A stretch of DNA of 64,000 nucleotides from an uncultured virus (IMG/VR IMGVR_UViG_3300009159_005817) (IMGVR_UViG_3300009159_005817:1-64000); one strand, 5' to 3'. Shown: positions 1 to 9,886, numbered from the stretch's first letter. The notes: generated from the sequence alone by a model not told the origin. Made by a program: numbers and translations.

Positions 1-96
1 GAACCATACTTATCTACTAATAAACAAGGAGAAGTTATAATAGATGTTCAACGAGGAAATATCAGTAAGTTTGTAAAATTAGCAGAAAAAAAGTAA
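1..96 (+). CDS. 3' end of a hypothetical protein (partial; ...VKLAEKK*)
   Basis: Open frame 1 from the window edge to TAA at 94-96. Confidence 0.6.
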   Translation, partial: EPYLSTNKQGEVIIDVQRGNISKFVKLAEKK

Positions 97-106
97 TTTA
101 ACTAAT

Positions 107-712
107 ATGAAAAATTACATAAACACATTTGAAGGCTTCTTAAATGAATCTAAATACAAAGGAAATATCTCAGGAGATTCTGCTGAATATATTGCTAAAG
201 AAATGTCACAATATGTTAAAGGCATAATTAAACAGCCTAATGATAATGTTACTTACTTCCATTTAAAAGATAAATCCGGCAAATCAAAAGTTATTAAAAC
301 CTTATTAGATGTTTATGGATTAGAAGCAGTAGATGGTGGAAATCAATTTTCTCCATCACCTACTATTAAATTTGATAACGATCAACTTCTTGAATCCCTT
401 AGATCAGGTCCTAATGATGCTAAAATATATCCCATTAAAAAAGGAAGTGATCCAGAAGATCTTCTTTCCGGTAGATCTAGAGGATCATGGGTAAGTTCAA
501 AAACCATTAATGATATATTAGACGTTTTTGGTAAGGAAATGACCATTTATAAAGGTGACGAAATCACAGAATTCCTTCAAGTTAATAGCCGAGATAATAG
601 TGACATATATAAAATAGTTAGACGAGATTTAAGAGGACCTAGAACGGTTGGTTATATCCCTTCATATTATCAGAATTTTGACCAAACCGAAGAAATAAAC
701 AATACTCGTTAA
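107..712 (+). CDS. Hypothetical protein with capsid-targeting-like leader (putative internal head protein)
   Basis: N-terminus MKNYINTFEGFLNE. Confidence 0.65.
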   Translation: MKNYINTFEGFLNESKYKGNISGDSAEYIAKEMSQYVKGIIKQPNDNVTYFHLKDKSGKSKVIKTLLDVYGLEAVDGGNQFSPSPTIKFDNDQLLESLRSGPNDAKIYPIKKGSDPEDLLSGRSRGSWVSSKTINDILDVFGKEMTIYKGDEITEFLQVNSRDNSDIYKIVRRDLRGPRTVGYIPSYYQNFDQTEEINNTR

Positions 713-713
713 T

Positions 714-1196
714 ATGAAAAACCACATAAACACATTTGAAGGATTCTTAAATGAAGCTCGATTAAATGAAAGCAAACCTGCTATGATGTACTATGTAGTA
801 GCCAAGGATGTCATTAAGGATAGAAGACTTAAAGTATATCCTGAAAACATCGAAAGACTTTTGAACAACTTACAAGCAGACGGACATTTATCATATGATG
901 CAACGATAACATCAGATGCAAAGAAAGATATTGAAAACGCATTAGATAAGTTAGACTTGAAAGGGAATGAATTGCTTTCATATGCAAGAAAAGGCATGAA
1001 GTACGAAAGTGAAGATGTTAATGAAGCCAATCAAATTAAAGTTGGAACTTTTGTTAGATACAAAAAAGACGAAGATTTTACTGGTGGTAAGATCAAATCT
1101 ATAAGTTCTGGTAAAGCAGAAATACATAATTGGGATGGTTCAACAACAGAACTTCCACTTAAAGATCTTGAATATATTGAGTCTTGGAATAATTAA
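714..1196 (+). CDS. Hypothetical protein with capsid-targeting-like leader; C-terminal SH3/KOW-like module
   Basis: MKNHINTFEGFLNE; internal RLNE and DVNE; C-terminal IKVGTFVRY...GKIKSI pattern. Confidence 0.6.
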   Translation: MKNHINTFEGFLNEARLNESKPAMMYYVVAKDVIKDRRLKVYPENIERLLNNLQADGHLSYDATITSDAKKDIENALDKLDLKGNELLSYARKGMKYESEDVNEANQIKVGTFVRYKKDEDFTGGKIKSISSGKAEIHNWDGSTTELPLKDLEYIESWNN

Positions 1197-1199
1197 AAT

Positions 1200-1607
1200 A
1201 TGAAACCTATCAAACTATATAAAGAGTTTATTAATGAGGCAAAAGACGTTGATTCGGCAATGAAGAAAATCGATGATTTGCCAAAAGGATCAACCTTTGA
1301 AGATGCCAAAAGAATAGATCGTATTTTTGATATCAGTAAACATAGTTGGAGTGAGGTTGTGGAAACTTTTGAAAAGAATCAAAAATCCGCAAAGATTAAA
1401 CCGATAAATATAAAAGACATACAAATAACTCAACCAAATATCCAGAGCAATAAAGTGAAAGCCATGATTGAGAAATTTGATAAATTACCTACAATTAATG
1501 CAGTTCAATTTCCGGATGGAATATCCATATATGATGGACATCATCGTCTATTAACTGCTTGGTCAATAGGAGAAACACGAATCAAAGTTAATCTTGTAAA
1601 AATATGA
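1200..1607 (+). CDS. ParB/Srx-like domain protein with capsid-targeting-like leader
   Basis: IYDGHHRL motif; N-terminus MKPIKLYKEFINE. Confidence 0.7.
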   Translation: MKPIKLYKEFINEAKDVDSAMKKIDDLPKGSTFEDAKRIDRIFDISKHSWSEVVETFEKNQKSAKIKPINIKDIQITQPNIQSNKVKAMIEKFDKLPTINAVQFPDGISIYDGHHRLLTAWSIGETRIKVNLVKI

Positions 1608-1834
1608 AACACCTACACACATACAAAGAGTTCTTATTCGAGTCAACGATTTCCGAAATGAAGATAACTTCAGTTGGCGTTAAAGAGATTCTTAAGAAGC
1701 TTTATGACGATGCTAAACTTACAAAAGCATTACATTTTAAAAACTTCCGAGATGCACTCGATTCTATTCTTGGATATAGTCAAACGGAATTAGAAGAATT
1801 AGAAACAGAGATAAAAGAACTAGAGCACGCTTAA
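1604..1834 (+). CDS. Small hypothetical protein with capsid-targeting-like leader
   Basis: MKHLHTYKEFLFE. Confidence 0.6.
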   Translation: MKHLHTYKEFLFESTISEMKITSVGVKEILKKLYDDAKLTKALHFKNFRDALDSILGYSQTELEELETEIKELEHA

Positions 1835-1856
1835 GATAATTTAAAAAATAAAAAAC

Positions 1857-2687
1857 ATGAAACATACACAAACATTCAAAGAGTTCTTAAATGAACAAGA
1901 AGAGATACTTAATGAAGATAGTTCTCTTGCACTTATGGTAATACTGCAAGCGGCTATAGTTAATGGACTTCTAATAGGTCAAATGGCGGCTAGTGGTGGT
2001 GGAGATGGCTTTCATCCTATCGATGATTTAAAAGCTTGGTGGGCGAAACGTAAAAAAGATAAAGCTGTAAAAAGTATTGTTGATAAATTAAAAGAAGATC
2101 CTGAAGTTTTAGCCTTTTTGAAAATGTCAAATTGGGCACAAAAAGGAAAATGGTATAAACTTATTGAACCTAAACTTAATGACGAAGAGAAAAAATATCT
2201 AAAAAGTATTTCAAGAACTCCATTTATGAATGAGGAAGTTAATGAAAATTCCGCAATCCTTCTTGATCTTTCTGATAAGCAGTTGGCACTTTCTATAAAG
2301 GCTAAATTACCAGCCAAGTATAAAAAAGATACGAAGACTTTAATATACAATGCTCCATATTCAATGGTTTCTCATGGTGCTAAACTTACAAACCTTCCAA
2401 CTCCTTCACGAGTATATCAATTGGAAAAAATGAATGAAACTTATAGAGGATCTGATAATTGGATATCTTTATCTTCATTAGCTATTGTACAAGATACAAC
2501 CAATCAAGTTACTTTTGTAATTGTATATGAAGAATTTGATCCAATTCAATTTGATGAAATAAAATCAAATAAAGATTTGTACAAAGAAGAGGATTATAAA
2601 GACGAAAAAGATTTGCTTAAAAAGATGCAAACTTGGTTTGCTTATTCTGAAAAGGTCTTTAAAGAAGTAATAGAAGATCACTCATAA
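1857..2687 (+). CDS. Hypothetical protein with capsid-targeting-like leader and one hydrophobic segment
   Basis: MKHTQTFKEFLNE; internal ILNE and FMNEEVNE. Confidence 0.6.
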   Translation: MKHTQTFKEFLNEQEEILNEDSSLALMVILQAAIVNGLLIGQMAASGGGDGFHPIDDLKAWWAKRKKDKAVKSIVDKLKEDPEVLAFLKMSNWAQKGKWYKLIEPKLNDEEKKYLKSISRTPFMNEEVNENSAILLDLSDKQLALSIKAKLPAKYKKDTKTLIYNAPYSMVSHGAKLTNLPTPSRVYQLEKMNETYRGSDNWISLSSLAIVQDTTNQVTFVIVYEEFDPIQFDEIKSNKDLYKEEDYKDEKDLLKKMQTWFAYSEKVFKEVIEDHS

Positions 2688-2698
2688 AAAAACATAAT

Positions 2699-3175
2699 AT
2701 GAAACATATACTCACATTCAAAAACTTCTTAAACGAGGAAAGAGTTTATGGAATGTTCAATGATTCTCAAGGAAAACCATCTAAACTTTCACAAGAGATT
2801 TTAGATATTTGTCTAAAAGCACTACCTAAATATGTAATAGATAATATTGAATCAGTTGAAGCTTCCGGTTATTCTAAGACAAATTTAGCATCACCTCCTA
2901 CGGTTAGTAATAAAGGTCAATCAAGAGGTGAAAATGATTATACGACTATTGTTCTAATATTCAAAAATCCAATGGGAAAATCTAAAACAACTGAATTGAC
3001 GGTTGGATTAAGAAAAAGAACTTCTGGACCAGGAACTGGTTATCTTGCGGTTAAACCTACTGCAAATGGTCATTATGTTTTACCTGAACATAGTGCCGCA
3101 ATTGAATTTTATGATGCAGCGCCTGAAAGTTTAGCGGATTTATATAAGAGTACACTAGAAAAATTAATGAAATAA
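2699..3175 (+). CDS. Hypothetical protein with capsid-targeting-like leader
   Basis: MKHILTFKNFLNE. Confidence 0.6.
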   Translation: MKHILTFKNFLNEERVYGMFNDSQGKPSKLSQEILDICLKALPKYVIDNIESVEASGYSKTNLASPPTVSNKGQSRGENDYTTIVLIFKNPMGKSKTTELTVGLRKRTSGPGTGYLAVKPTANGHYVLPEHSAAIEFYDAAPESLADLYKSTLEKLMK

Positions 3176-3176
3176 T

Positions 3177-3539
3177 ATGAAACATATACCAACATTCGAT
3201 AATTTCCTAAATGAAGGAACCATCATGATTTTTCACTACTCAAAGAAATCTTCAGAGATTGATGGTGACGTGAAAGAATTACAGAAGAAAGCTCAAGAAT
3301 TTATTAAAATCGCAAGAGACAAAGATTACAATATATCTTCTAACGATTCCGTACTTTATTTTCCAAATTTTAAATGGGCAGGAGGTAAACAAATCTTTGG
3401 ACCATCATTAGGTATTAAAGCAGGATCAGAAACAATGCTAATTAATCCAATAGGCTCTGATAAAATAATCAAGATTAGCGAAGGCTTGCTTGTTCGTTTT
3501 GTAAAAGACGGCAGAATCGAATCATATAATTTATACTAA
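3177..3539 (+). CDS. Hypothetical protein with capsid-targeting-like leader
   Basis: MKHIPTFDNFLNE. Confidence 0.6.
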   Translation: MKHIPTFDNFLNEGTIMIFHYSKKSSEIDGDVKELQKKAQEFIKIARDKDYNISSNDSVLYFPNFKWAGGKQIFGPSLGIKAGSETMLINPIGSDKIIKISEGLLVRFVKDGRIESYNLY

Positions 3540-3540
3540 T

Positions 3541-3789
3541 ATGAAACATATACTCACATTCAAAAACTTCTTAAATGAAGGATTCAAGAAACCTTATAGC
3601 GAAAAAATGAGCCTTGAGGATTTTTCTGCTATAGAAGTTGGAAGTGAGGTTCTTTATGCTGGAGCAACTTACGAAGTGGTTAACAACGATGGTGCAACTC
3701 TTCAATTAAAACCGGCTAAAGGTGCTAATGGTAAAGCGACTAAAGTTAATTTCTCAATGTTTAATGTTGCTGGAGCAATCCGCGATTAG
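3541..3789 (+). CDS. Small hypothetical protein with capsid-targeting-like leader
   Basis: MKHILTFKNFLNE, same leader as 2699. Confidence 0.6.
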   Translation: MKHILTFKNFLNEGFKKPYSEKMSLEDFSAIEVGSEVLYAGATYEVVNNDGATLQLKPAKGANGKATKVNFSMFNVAGAIRD

Positions 3790-3874
3790 TTGAATCTTCA
3801 TAAATTTCAAATCATATAATTAAAATTATAAGTCTAAGGATATGATCTGCTTATAGTAAAAAATATCATATGTT

Positions 3875-5236
3875 TTGAAATTAAGACAAGGGTTATTATT
3901 CCTAAAATCTCTACACACAAGATCTAAATCCGATGAAGAAGTTCTTCAATGGATAGAATCTAGACGATCATTAGTTAAGCACACGATTCAACAAATCGAT
4001 CTTAATAAGCTAAATGGTTGGAATTTCTACGATCATAAGATAGAACATACTTCTGGTAAATTTTATCAGATTCATATTAGACGCAATGAGTTAGATGGAA
4101 GGATTTGGGATCAACCAATAATCAATCAACCCGAAATTGGTATTCTTGGATTTATTACCAAACAAATCGATGACGTACTTCATTTTCTAGTTCAAGCTAA
4201 AATTGAACCAGGAAATATCAATATCGTTCAGTTATCACCAACCGTACAATCAACTAAAAGTAATTTCACTAAAGTTCATGGTGGTGCATTAACACCCTTT
4301 GTAGAATATTTCTTAAAAGGAGAATCTAGAATTTTAGTAGATCAACTACAATCCGAACAATCTAGTAGGTTCTTTCAAAAACGTAATCGCAATATTATTA
4401 TAGAAGTTGAAGATGAGTTATCTCATGAAAATTATTTATGGATGACTCTTGGAGATCTTGTTGCATTAACTAGATATCCTAATACTGTCAATATGGATAG
4501 TCGAACCGTTTTAAGTTGTATTCACTTTGGTTCATATTCATTTGAACATCTAGAACTAAGAGATTTTCTTGGTGGAATTTCACATGATTCTGCTTGGATA
4601 GATTCACTACTTCGTAAAGATGTATATCAAAAATCCCATCCAGAAATTCTTTCATTAATTACCGATCTTAAATTTAGAAGAGAAGCTTTGACTAGGTTAA
4701 TTTATCTTTCAGAATCACATGATTGGAATTTGATTGATGGTAAGATTGTTCATAAAGATGAAAAATATTTTGATGTAGTAGGTTATCGAATATTTATTGA
4801 AAATCGAGAATCCGCTCAATGGGATCAACCTTTAATCCGACCTAAATCTACTGGAATATGTTGTTTCTTTGCTCGTAAATTTGAAGGAGTATTTCACTTA
4901 CTAGTTCAGCTAAAAGATGAGATTGGATCTTTTGATGGTGTTGAAATGGCACCAACTATTCAAATGTCTGAAGAGAATTTAGATCTATCGCCTTTCTTTG
5001 AATCGTATCAAAGACTAATAAATACAGATTCGGTTTTATTTGATGTTATGCAATCCGAAGAAGGAGGAAGATTTTATCAAGAACAAAACCGAAATATTAT
5101 CATAGAAGTTAATGAAGAACTGGAACTTCCAAGAAATTATATTTGGATGACTCTTAATCAACTTAAAACATTCTTACAATATAACAATTACGTAAATATT
5201 CAAACACGTTCAATTATGTCATCTTTACCTCTATGA
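3875..5236 (+). CDS. NDP-hexose 2,3-dehydratase (EvaA/OleV/TylX3 family)
   Basis: Two tandem domains with WDQPII, LVQAKIEPGN..VQLSPTVQST.SN, QSEQSSRFFQKRNRN and QSEEGGRFYQEQNRN; TTG start. Confidence 0.9.
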   Translation: MKLRQGLLFLKSLHTRSKSDEEVLQWIESRRSLVKHTIQQIDLNKLNGWNFYDHKIEHTSGKFYQIHIRRNELDGRIWDQPIINQPEIGILGFITKQIDDVLHFLVQAKIEPGNINIVQLSPTVQSTKSNFTKVHGGALTPFVEYFLKGESRILVDQLQSEQSSRFFQKRNRNIIIEVEDELSHENYLWMTLGDLVALTRYPNTVNMDSRTVLSCIHFGSYSFEHLELRDFLGGISHDSAWIDSLLRKDVYQKSHPEILSLITDLKFRREALTRLIYLSESHDWNLIDGKIVHKDEKYFDVVGYRIFIENRESAQWDQPLIRPKSTGICCFFARKFEGVFHLLVQLKDEIGSFDGVEMAPTIQMSEENLDLSPFFESYQRLINTDSVLFDVMQSEEGGRFYQEQNRNIIIEVNEELELPRNYIWMTLNQLKTFLQYNNYVNIQTRSIMSSLPL

Positions 5237-6186
5237 AAGTAGCTATTCTAAATTGTTCAGATATTGCAAAACGAAGAATGATTCCGGCATTTCAGGCAAT
5301 ACCTGAAGTTGAAGTTTCTATCGTATGTAGCCGAGATATTCGTAGAGCTAAACAATATGCTGAAGAATTTGGAATCCCAAAATATACGGATAATCCAGAT
5401 GAAATTATTGGAGTTGATCTAGTTTATATTTCATCTCCTCCATCTGAACATTTTGATGCGATTAAAACATTTATAAAGAGAAAAATTAATATTCTTTGCG
5501 AAAAATCTCTTACCATAGATGCATATCAAACAACCTATCTAATTAATCTAGCCGATAAACAAGGAGTTCTTATACAAGAAAATTATGGATTTCCTTTTCA
5601 TACTCAGTGGAAATGGATAAAAGAAAACCTAAATAAAATAGGAGATCTTCTTTACATAAGAAGTGGATTTGAATTTCCTCCAAGAAATACCGAAACAGAT
5701 TTTCGTTACAAATCTGCTCTCGGTGGTGGTGCTCTTTTCGATGCCGGTGGATATCCTATTAAATTAGCCTCTTTATTATTGGGAACTCCTCAAAAACTTG
5801 ATGCAGTTACTCATATATCAAAATCACTTGATATTGATCTTTCTGGAAGAACATTTATTATTGATGAAACTGGAAAATCTGCATTTTTAACTTGGAGTTT
5901 TGAATCTACTTATCGTTGTGATGTAGAAATTGTAGGAACTCAAGGAACAATTAAAGCTGGTAAGATATTTACTCCTAGAATTGATGAACATGTTGAAGTG
6001 TCAATTTCACTTATTGGAGAGCCGGTAGAAAGACAACAATTTGTTTGCGATCATTTCGTTGAACTTATTCGAGATTTTATAAATAGAATAAAGATTAAAG
6101 ATAACTCTCATCATAAAAGTATATTAAAACAATCAAAATGGCAAACATATGTATCGTCTACTAGTATCAGAACCTTCACTAACTAA
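5233..6186 (+). CDS. Gfo/Idh/MocA oxidoreductase, probable NDP-hexose 3-ketoreductase
   Basis: CSDIAKRRMIPA, ILCEKSL, LGGGALFDAGGYP; coupled to the 2,3-dehydratase. Confidence 0.85.
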   Translation: MKVAILNCSDIAKRRMIPAFQAIPEVEVSIVCSRDIRRAKQYAEEFGIPKYTDNPDEIIGVDLVYISSPPSEHFDAIKTFIKRKINILCEKSLTIDAYQTTYLINLADKQGVLIQENYGFPFHTQWKWIKENLNKIGDLLYIRSGFEFPPRNTETDFRYKSALGGGALFDAGGYPIKLASLLLGTPQKLDAVTHISKSLDIDLSGRTFIIDETGKSAFLTWSFESTYRCDVEIVGTQGTIKAGKIFTPRIDEHVEVSISLIGEPVERQQFVCDHFVELIRDFINRIKIKDNSHHKSILKQSKWQTYVSSTSIRTFTN

Positions 6187-7231
6187 CTTCGAAGAATTTG
6201 CAAATATTGCAAAAGAAGTTTGGGCAAGTGGAATCCTAACGCACAATGGACCTAAGGTCAAAGAACTCGAACATCGGTTAAAAGAACAATGGCAGATACC
6301 TCATCTATCATTAGTTACAAATGGAACTATTGCACTTGAAGTTGCAATGAGAGCTCTAGAACTTCCTAAAGGAAGTGAAATTATTACAACTCCATTTACC
6401 TGGATTGCAACTGCATCAGCTATTCAATGGCAAGATTATGAACCTATTTTTGTTGACGTTGATCCAAATACTCTTAATATAGATCCGGCTAAAATTGAAG
6501 AAAAAATAACAGATAGAACATCTGCTATTTTAGCGGTTCATGTATTCTCGAATCCATGTGATGTAGATTCTATTCAAGAAATTGCAGATCGTCGAGGTCT
6601 ACGAGTTATTTATGATGGTGCTCATGCAGTTGGTGTAAAATATAAAGGAGTAGATCTTTCTCAATTCGGTGATATTACAACTCATTCATATCATGCAACT
6701 AAAATTTATAATAGTGGAGAAGGTGGATCGATTATTACTAGAAATCCAGAGTTAGCTAAAAGAATTGATCGTCTTCGCTTCTTTGGACATAATGAAAAGA
6801 AAGATATTGTACATGAAGGAACTAATGCTAAAATGCATGAAATCTCTGCTGCAATTGGATTAGCTAATTTAAAAATGTTACCTAAAACAATTATGCATAG
6901 AAAACTTTTAACTCTTATGTATAAACATAGAATGGAAGGTTTACCGGTTAGATATCAAGCAATCAGCAACGACTCTTATAATTTTTCATATTTCCCCATC
7001 ATATTTGAAACAGAAGAACAATGTCTTAAAGTGTATGCGGCATTAGATGCTATTAAAATTATGCCTCGTAGATATTTCTATCCATCAGTTAACGAATTCA
7101 AAATCTTTGATCCTCAATCATGTCCTATTAGCGAAGATATTTCTAGACGAATTCTTTGTCTACCATGTCACGATGGTGTGAAGCTTATGGATGTCGATGA
7201 AATCTCACACACAATAATCAAAACTTTCTAA
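6149..7231 (+). CDS. vioA: DegT/DnrJ/EryC1/StrS PLP aminotransferase, VioA-like sugar 4-aminotransferase
   Basis: LTHNGP, NGTIAL, YDGAHA, SYHATKIYNSGEGG (catalytic Lys present), GTNAKMHE, RRYFYP. Confidence 0.85.
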   Translation: MYRLLVSEPSLTNFEEFANIAKEVWASGILTHNGPKVKELEHRLKEQWQIPHLSLVTNGTIALEVAMRALELPKGSEIITTPFTWIATASAIQWQDYEPIFVDVDPNTLNIDPAKIEEKITDRTSAILAVHVFSNPCDVDSIQEIADRRGLRVIYDGAHAVGVKYKGVDLSQFGDITTHSYHATKIYNSGEGGSIITRNPELAKRIDRLRFFGHNEKKDIVHEGTNAKMHEISAAIGLANLKMLPKTIMHRKLLTLMYKHRMEGLPVRYQAISNDSYNFSYFPIIFETEEQCLKVYAALDAIKIMPRRYFYPSVNEFKIFDPQSCPISEDISRRILCLPCHDGVKLMDVDEISHTIIKTF

Positions 7232-7232
7232 G

Positions 7233-7847
7233 ATGCATGTAGTTATTGGAGCTAATGGATTAGCTAAACAAGTACTTCCTTTATACGACGCAAATCCTAG
7301 AGTTATCTTCTTTGATGATACTGAAAATGCAGGAGAGAACCTATATGAACATAAAATTGCACATGATCTTAAATGGGTAAAAGAGTATACGTCAATTGGC
7401 GAGACAGTAAATTTCTCAATTTGTATAGGAAATCCTAAATGGCGTGAGTATTTTTATTATCTTCTGGTTGATATGGGAGCCACACCAATTAATATCTTAT
7501 CGGAATTATCCTCCATTCAAGAGAGATCCGAGATTGACACAGGGAATATCTTTTTAGACTACACTTTAGTAGAAACCGATGTAAAAATTGGAAAAGGAAA
7601 CCTTATAAATTGCTATGCCGGTTTATTTCATGATTCTCAAATAGGAGATTTTAATGAGATTATGCCAGGAGCTAAAATTCTAGGAGGAGCTAAAATAGGT
7701 AACTCTTGTAGAATAGGAACGAATGCAACAATTCTTCCACAAATACATATTTGCTCGAATGTAGTAATTGGAGCTGGAGCAGTGGTTACTAAAAATATTA
7801 CTGAACCAGGAACATATATTGGAATTCCTGCAAGGAAGCAAGGATAA
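7233..7847 (+). CDS. Sugar N/O-acetyltransferase, NeuD/PglD/PerB hexapeptide-repeat family
   Basis: IGANGLAK N-domain, HDSQIGDF, IGAGAVVTKNI...GIPAR. Confidence 0.85.
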   Translation: MHVVIGANGLAKQVLPLYDANPRVIFFDDTENAGENLYEHKIAHDLKWVKEYTSIGETVNFSICIGNPKWREYFYYLLVDMGATPINILSELSSIQERSEIDTGNIFLDYTLVETDVKIGKGNLINCYAGLFHDSQIGDFNEIMPGAKILGGAKIGNSCRIGTNATILPQIHICSNVVIGAGAVVTKNITEPGTYIGIPARKQG

Positions 7848-7870
7848 ATAACAAAATACAACATATATTA

Positions 7871-8752
7871 ATGGAATTTTTAAAGTACAACAACTTCATT
7901 CTTAATGAGCAATCTAAATGGGTTAATTTAGACACTATTAATGAAGCTGCACTTACGGCTACTCCAGATAAAAGCGTTAAGTTTGGTATTTGTATTACCA
8001 CTTACAAAATTGATGCTGGTGGTAGACAAAATCACATGTCCACCGAAAAAGTTCTGAGAGAATGTTTAGAGTCAGTTAAAACACAGAGTTGGCCAGAATG
8101 GAAAGTCTATATTATGGGAGACGCATATCCACAAGAAGAATGGCCGGAAATTGAAAAACTTGCTGCATCTATCGTTCCAAAAGATAAACTTTGGATGGAT
8201 AATCTAAAAACACCAGGAGAAAGAGACAAATATGATGGATCTATTCCACATCTAACAGGAGGAAATACGGCAGCAAACGTGACCATCGCTCAAATGAAAA
8301 AAGATGGCATTAAGTATTTTGCACGTCTTGACCATGATGATGCTTGGAAAACCGATCATTTAAAAACTCATGCTACTGCTTATACACAATTCCCAGAAGT
8401 TGTTTATAGTTTAACACAAGCTCGCAAGAAAAGAGTAAAAGGAGATGCCGGATCTTACATGTATTTTCCTGACAAAGGAACATATGAGAATTCTGAAAAT
8501 AATTACACATTAGGTCTTGGTGGACAATGTCATTCAGCAATGACTTGGAAATTAGAACCTTTAAAATATATCAAGTATCGTACTTGGGATCAACAAAAAG
8601 CGACACAACCTCGTAGAAAAGAGTGCTTCCCTGGCGATTGGGATAATACTGAAAGAATTAAAAGAATTGTAGAAGATGAAAATAATAAACACTCAATGAT
8701 TTTTGTTCCTAAATTAACTGTAAAATATCGTAACTCTGAAGGAAAATTTTAA
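7871..8752 (+). CDS. GT-A (GT2-like) glycosyltransferase with capsid-targeting-like leader
   Basis: ICITTY, CLESVKTQS, ARLDHDDAW; N-terminus MEFLKYNNFILNE. Confidence 0.75.
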   Translation: MEFLKYNNFILNEQSKWVNLDTINEAALTATPDKSVKFGICITTYKIDAGGRQNHMSTEKVLRECLESVKTQSWPEWKVYIMGDAYPQEEWPEIEKLAASIVPKDKLWMDNLKTPGERDKYDGSIPHLTGGNTAANVTIAQMKKDGIKYFARLDHDDAWKTDHLKTHATAYTQFPEVVYSLTQARKKRVKGDAGSYMYFPDKGTYENSENNYTLGLGGQCHSAMTWKLEPLKYIKYRTWDQQKATQPRRKECFPGDWDNTERIKRIVEDENNKHSMIFVPKLTVKYRNSEGKF

Positions 8753-8753
8753 T

Positions 8754-9326
8754 ATGAAAAAACTACTAATCTTATTAATCTCGAGTCTTCCTCTTTTTGG
8801 ATATTCACAAGACACTCTGGTAAAAAGACCTATCTATACTGTAAAATATTCTCAATCACTACAACAACCTCTTTGGTTAGAGTATTCTGTTAAAAGTCGT
8901 GAATGTGGAGCGAAACGAGATGGAATGGATTTTTATTCCGAAAAGGGAATTATAACAAGTGACAACGCTGATTATGCCGATAATGTTTATGATAAAGGTC
9001 ATATGGCTCCTGCTGCCGATTTCTGTGTTAATCGAGAAACTCTATTACTAACATTTTCCTATCTCAATTGTGCTCTTCAACACTATAAATTAAACCGAGG
9101 TGTATGGAAACAACTTGAATCAAATGAACGTGAATGGTCTAAAACTGATTCATTGATTATTCGAATCGATGTTATTTTTGAAAATGCTACCAAACTTCCT
9201 AGTGGTGCAACTATTCCTACTGCTTTTAAGAAGACTATTAAATTCTATAATTCAAAGAAGACGGTTGTTTATTACTTCAAAAACGAACCTCCTACAAAAA
9301 CACTAGATCAATATCTAGTTAAATAA
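8754..9326 (+). CDS. DNA/RNA non-specific endonuclease (NucA/EndoG family) with signal peptide
   Basis: YDKGHMAPAAD, TFSYLN, LNRGVWKQLE. Confidence 0.9.
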   Translation: MKKLLILLISSLPLFGYSQDTLVKRPIYTVKYSQSLQQPLWLEYSVKSRECGAKRDGMDFYSEKGIITSDNADYADNVYDKGHMAPAADFCVNRETLLLTFSYLNCALQHYKLNRGVWKQLESNEREWSKTDSLIIRIDVIFENATKLPSGATIPTAFKKTIKFYNSKKTVVYYFKNEPPTKTLDQYLVK

Positions 9327-9330
9327 CTAA

Positions 9331-9400
9331 TTGTTAATAACTTTTGATCCCGAGATTTTTTAATCTCGGGATTTTGTATTATATTTGTATATACAATTTA
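9331..9400 (+). promoter_or_regulatory. Repeated promoter cassette copy 1 (TTGTTAATAAC ... TATATTTG) with internal hairpin
   Basis: TTGTTAATAAC at 9331; TATATTTG at 9380 fits the Bacteroidetes -7 TAnnTTTG; hairpin ATCCCGAGAT-TTTTTA-ATCTCGGGAT. Confidence 0.8.
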
Positions 9401-9409
9401 AAACAATAT

Positions 9410-9802
9410 ATGCAAAAGATTAGTGCTCAAGTTGTCCTCATCAACGAGGAAGGAAAAATTCTCTGTGTTTCTAGAAAAGATAACCATTCTGATTTTGGTT
9501 TACCTGGTGGTAAATCCGATCCTGAAGATAATGGTGATCCCGTTCAAACTGCCATTAGAGAAACCAAAGAAGAAACCGGTTTAGATGTTCACGATCTTAA
9601 ACTTATATTTGCAATTCATAAATACGGTTTCATGAATTATACTTATGTTGCCAAGTATTCTGGTGAAATTCATTTTAATGAACCTCATATTGTTAAATGG
9701 GCACCAATCAAATTAGCAACGGAAGGAACCTTCGGTGTGTATAATCAATTAGTTGCAGAATCCTTAAGAGATTCAAATTATGAATTCATCCGCCATTTTT
9801 AA
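9410..9802 (+). CDS. Nudix hydrolase
   Basis: GLPGGK...TAIRETKEETGL Nudix box; start moved to ATG 9410 downstream of the promoter. Confidence 0.9.
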   Translation: MQKISAQVVLINEEGKILCVSRKDNHSDFGLPGGKSDPEDNGDPVQTAIRETKEETGLDVHDLKLIFAIHKYGFMNYTYVAKYSGEIHFNEPHIVKWAPIKLATEGTFGVYNQLVAESLRDSNYEFIRHF

Positions 9803-9804
9803 AA

Positions 9805-9875
9805 TTGTTAATAACTTTATTCAAAAAGATTTTTTTATTTCACAAAGATTTATTATATTTGTATATACAATTTAA
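9805..9875 (+). promoter_or_regulatory. Repeated promoter cassette copy 2
   Basis: TTGTTAATAAC at 9805; TATATTTG at 9854. Confidence 0.8.
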
Positions 9876-9886
9876 ACAAATAACAT

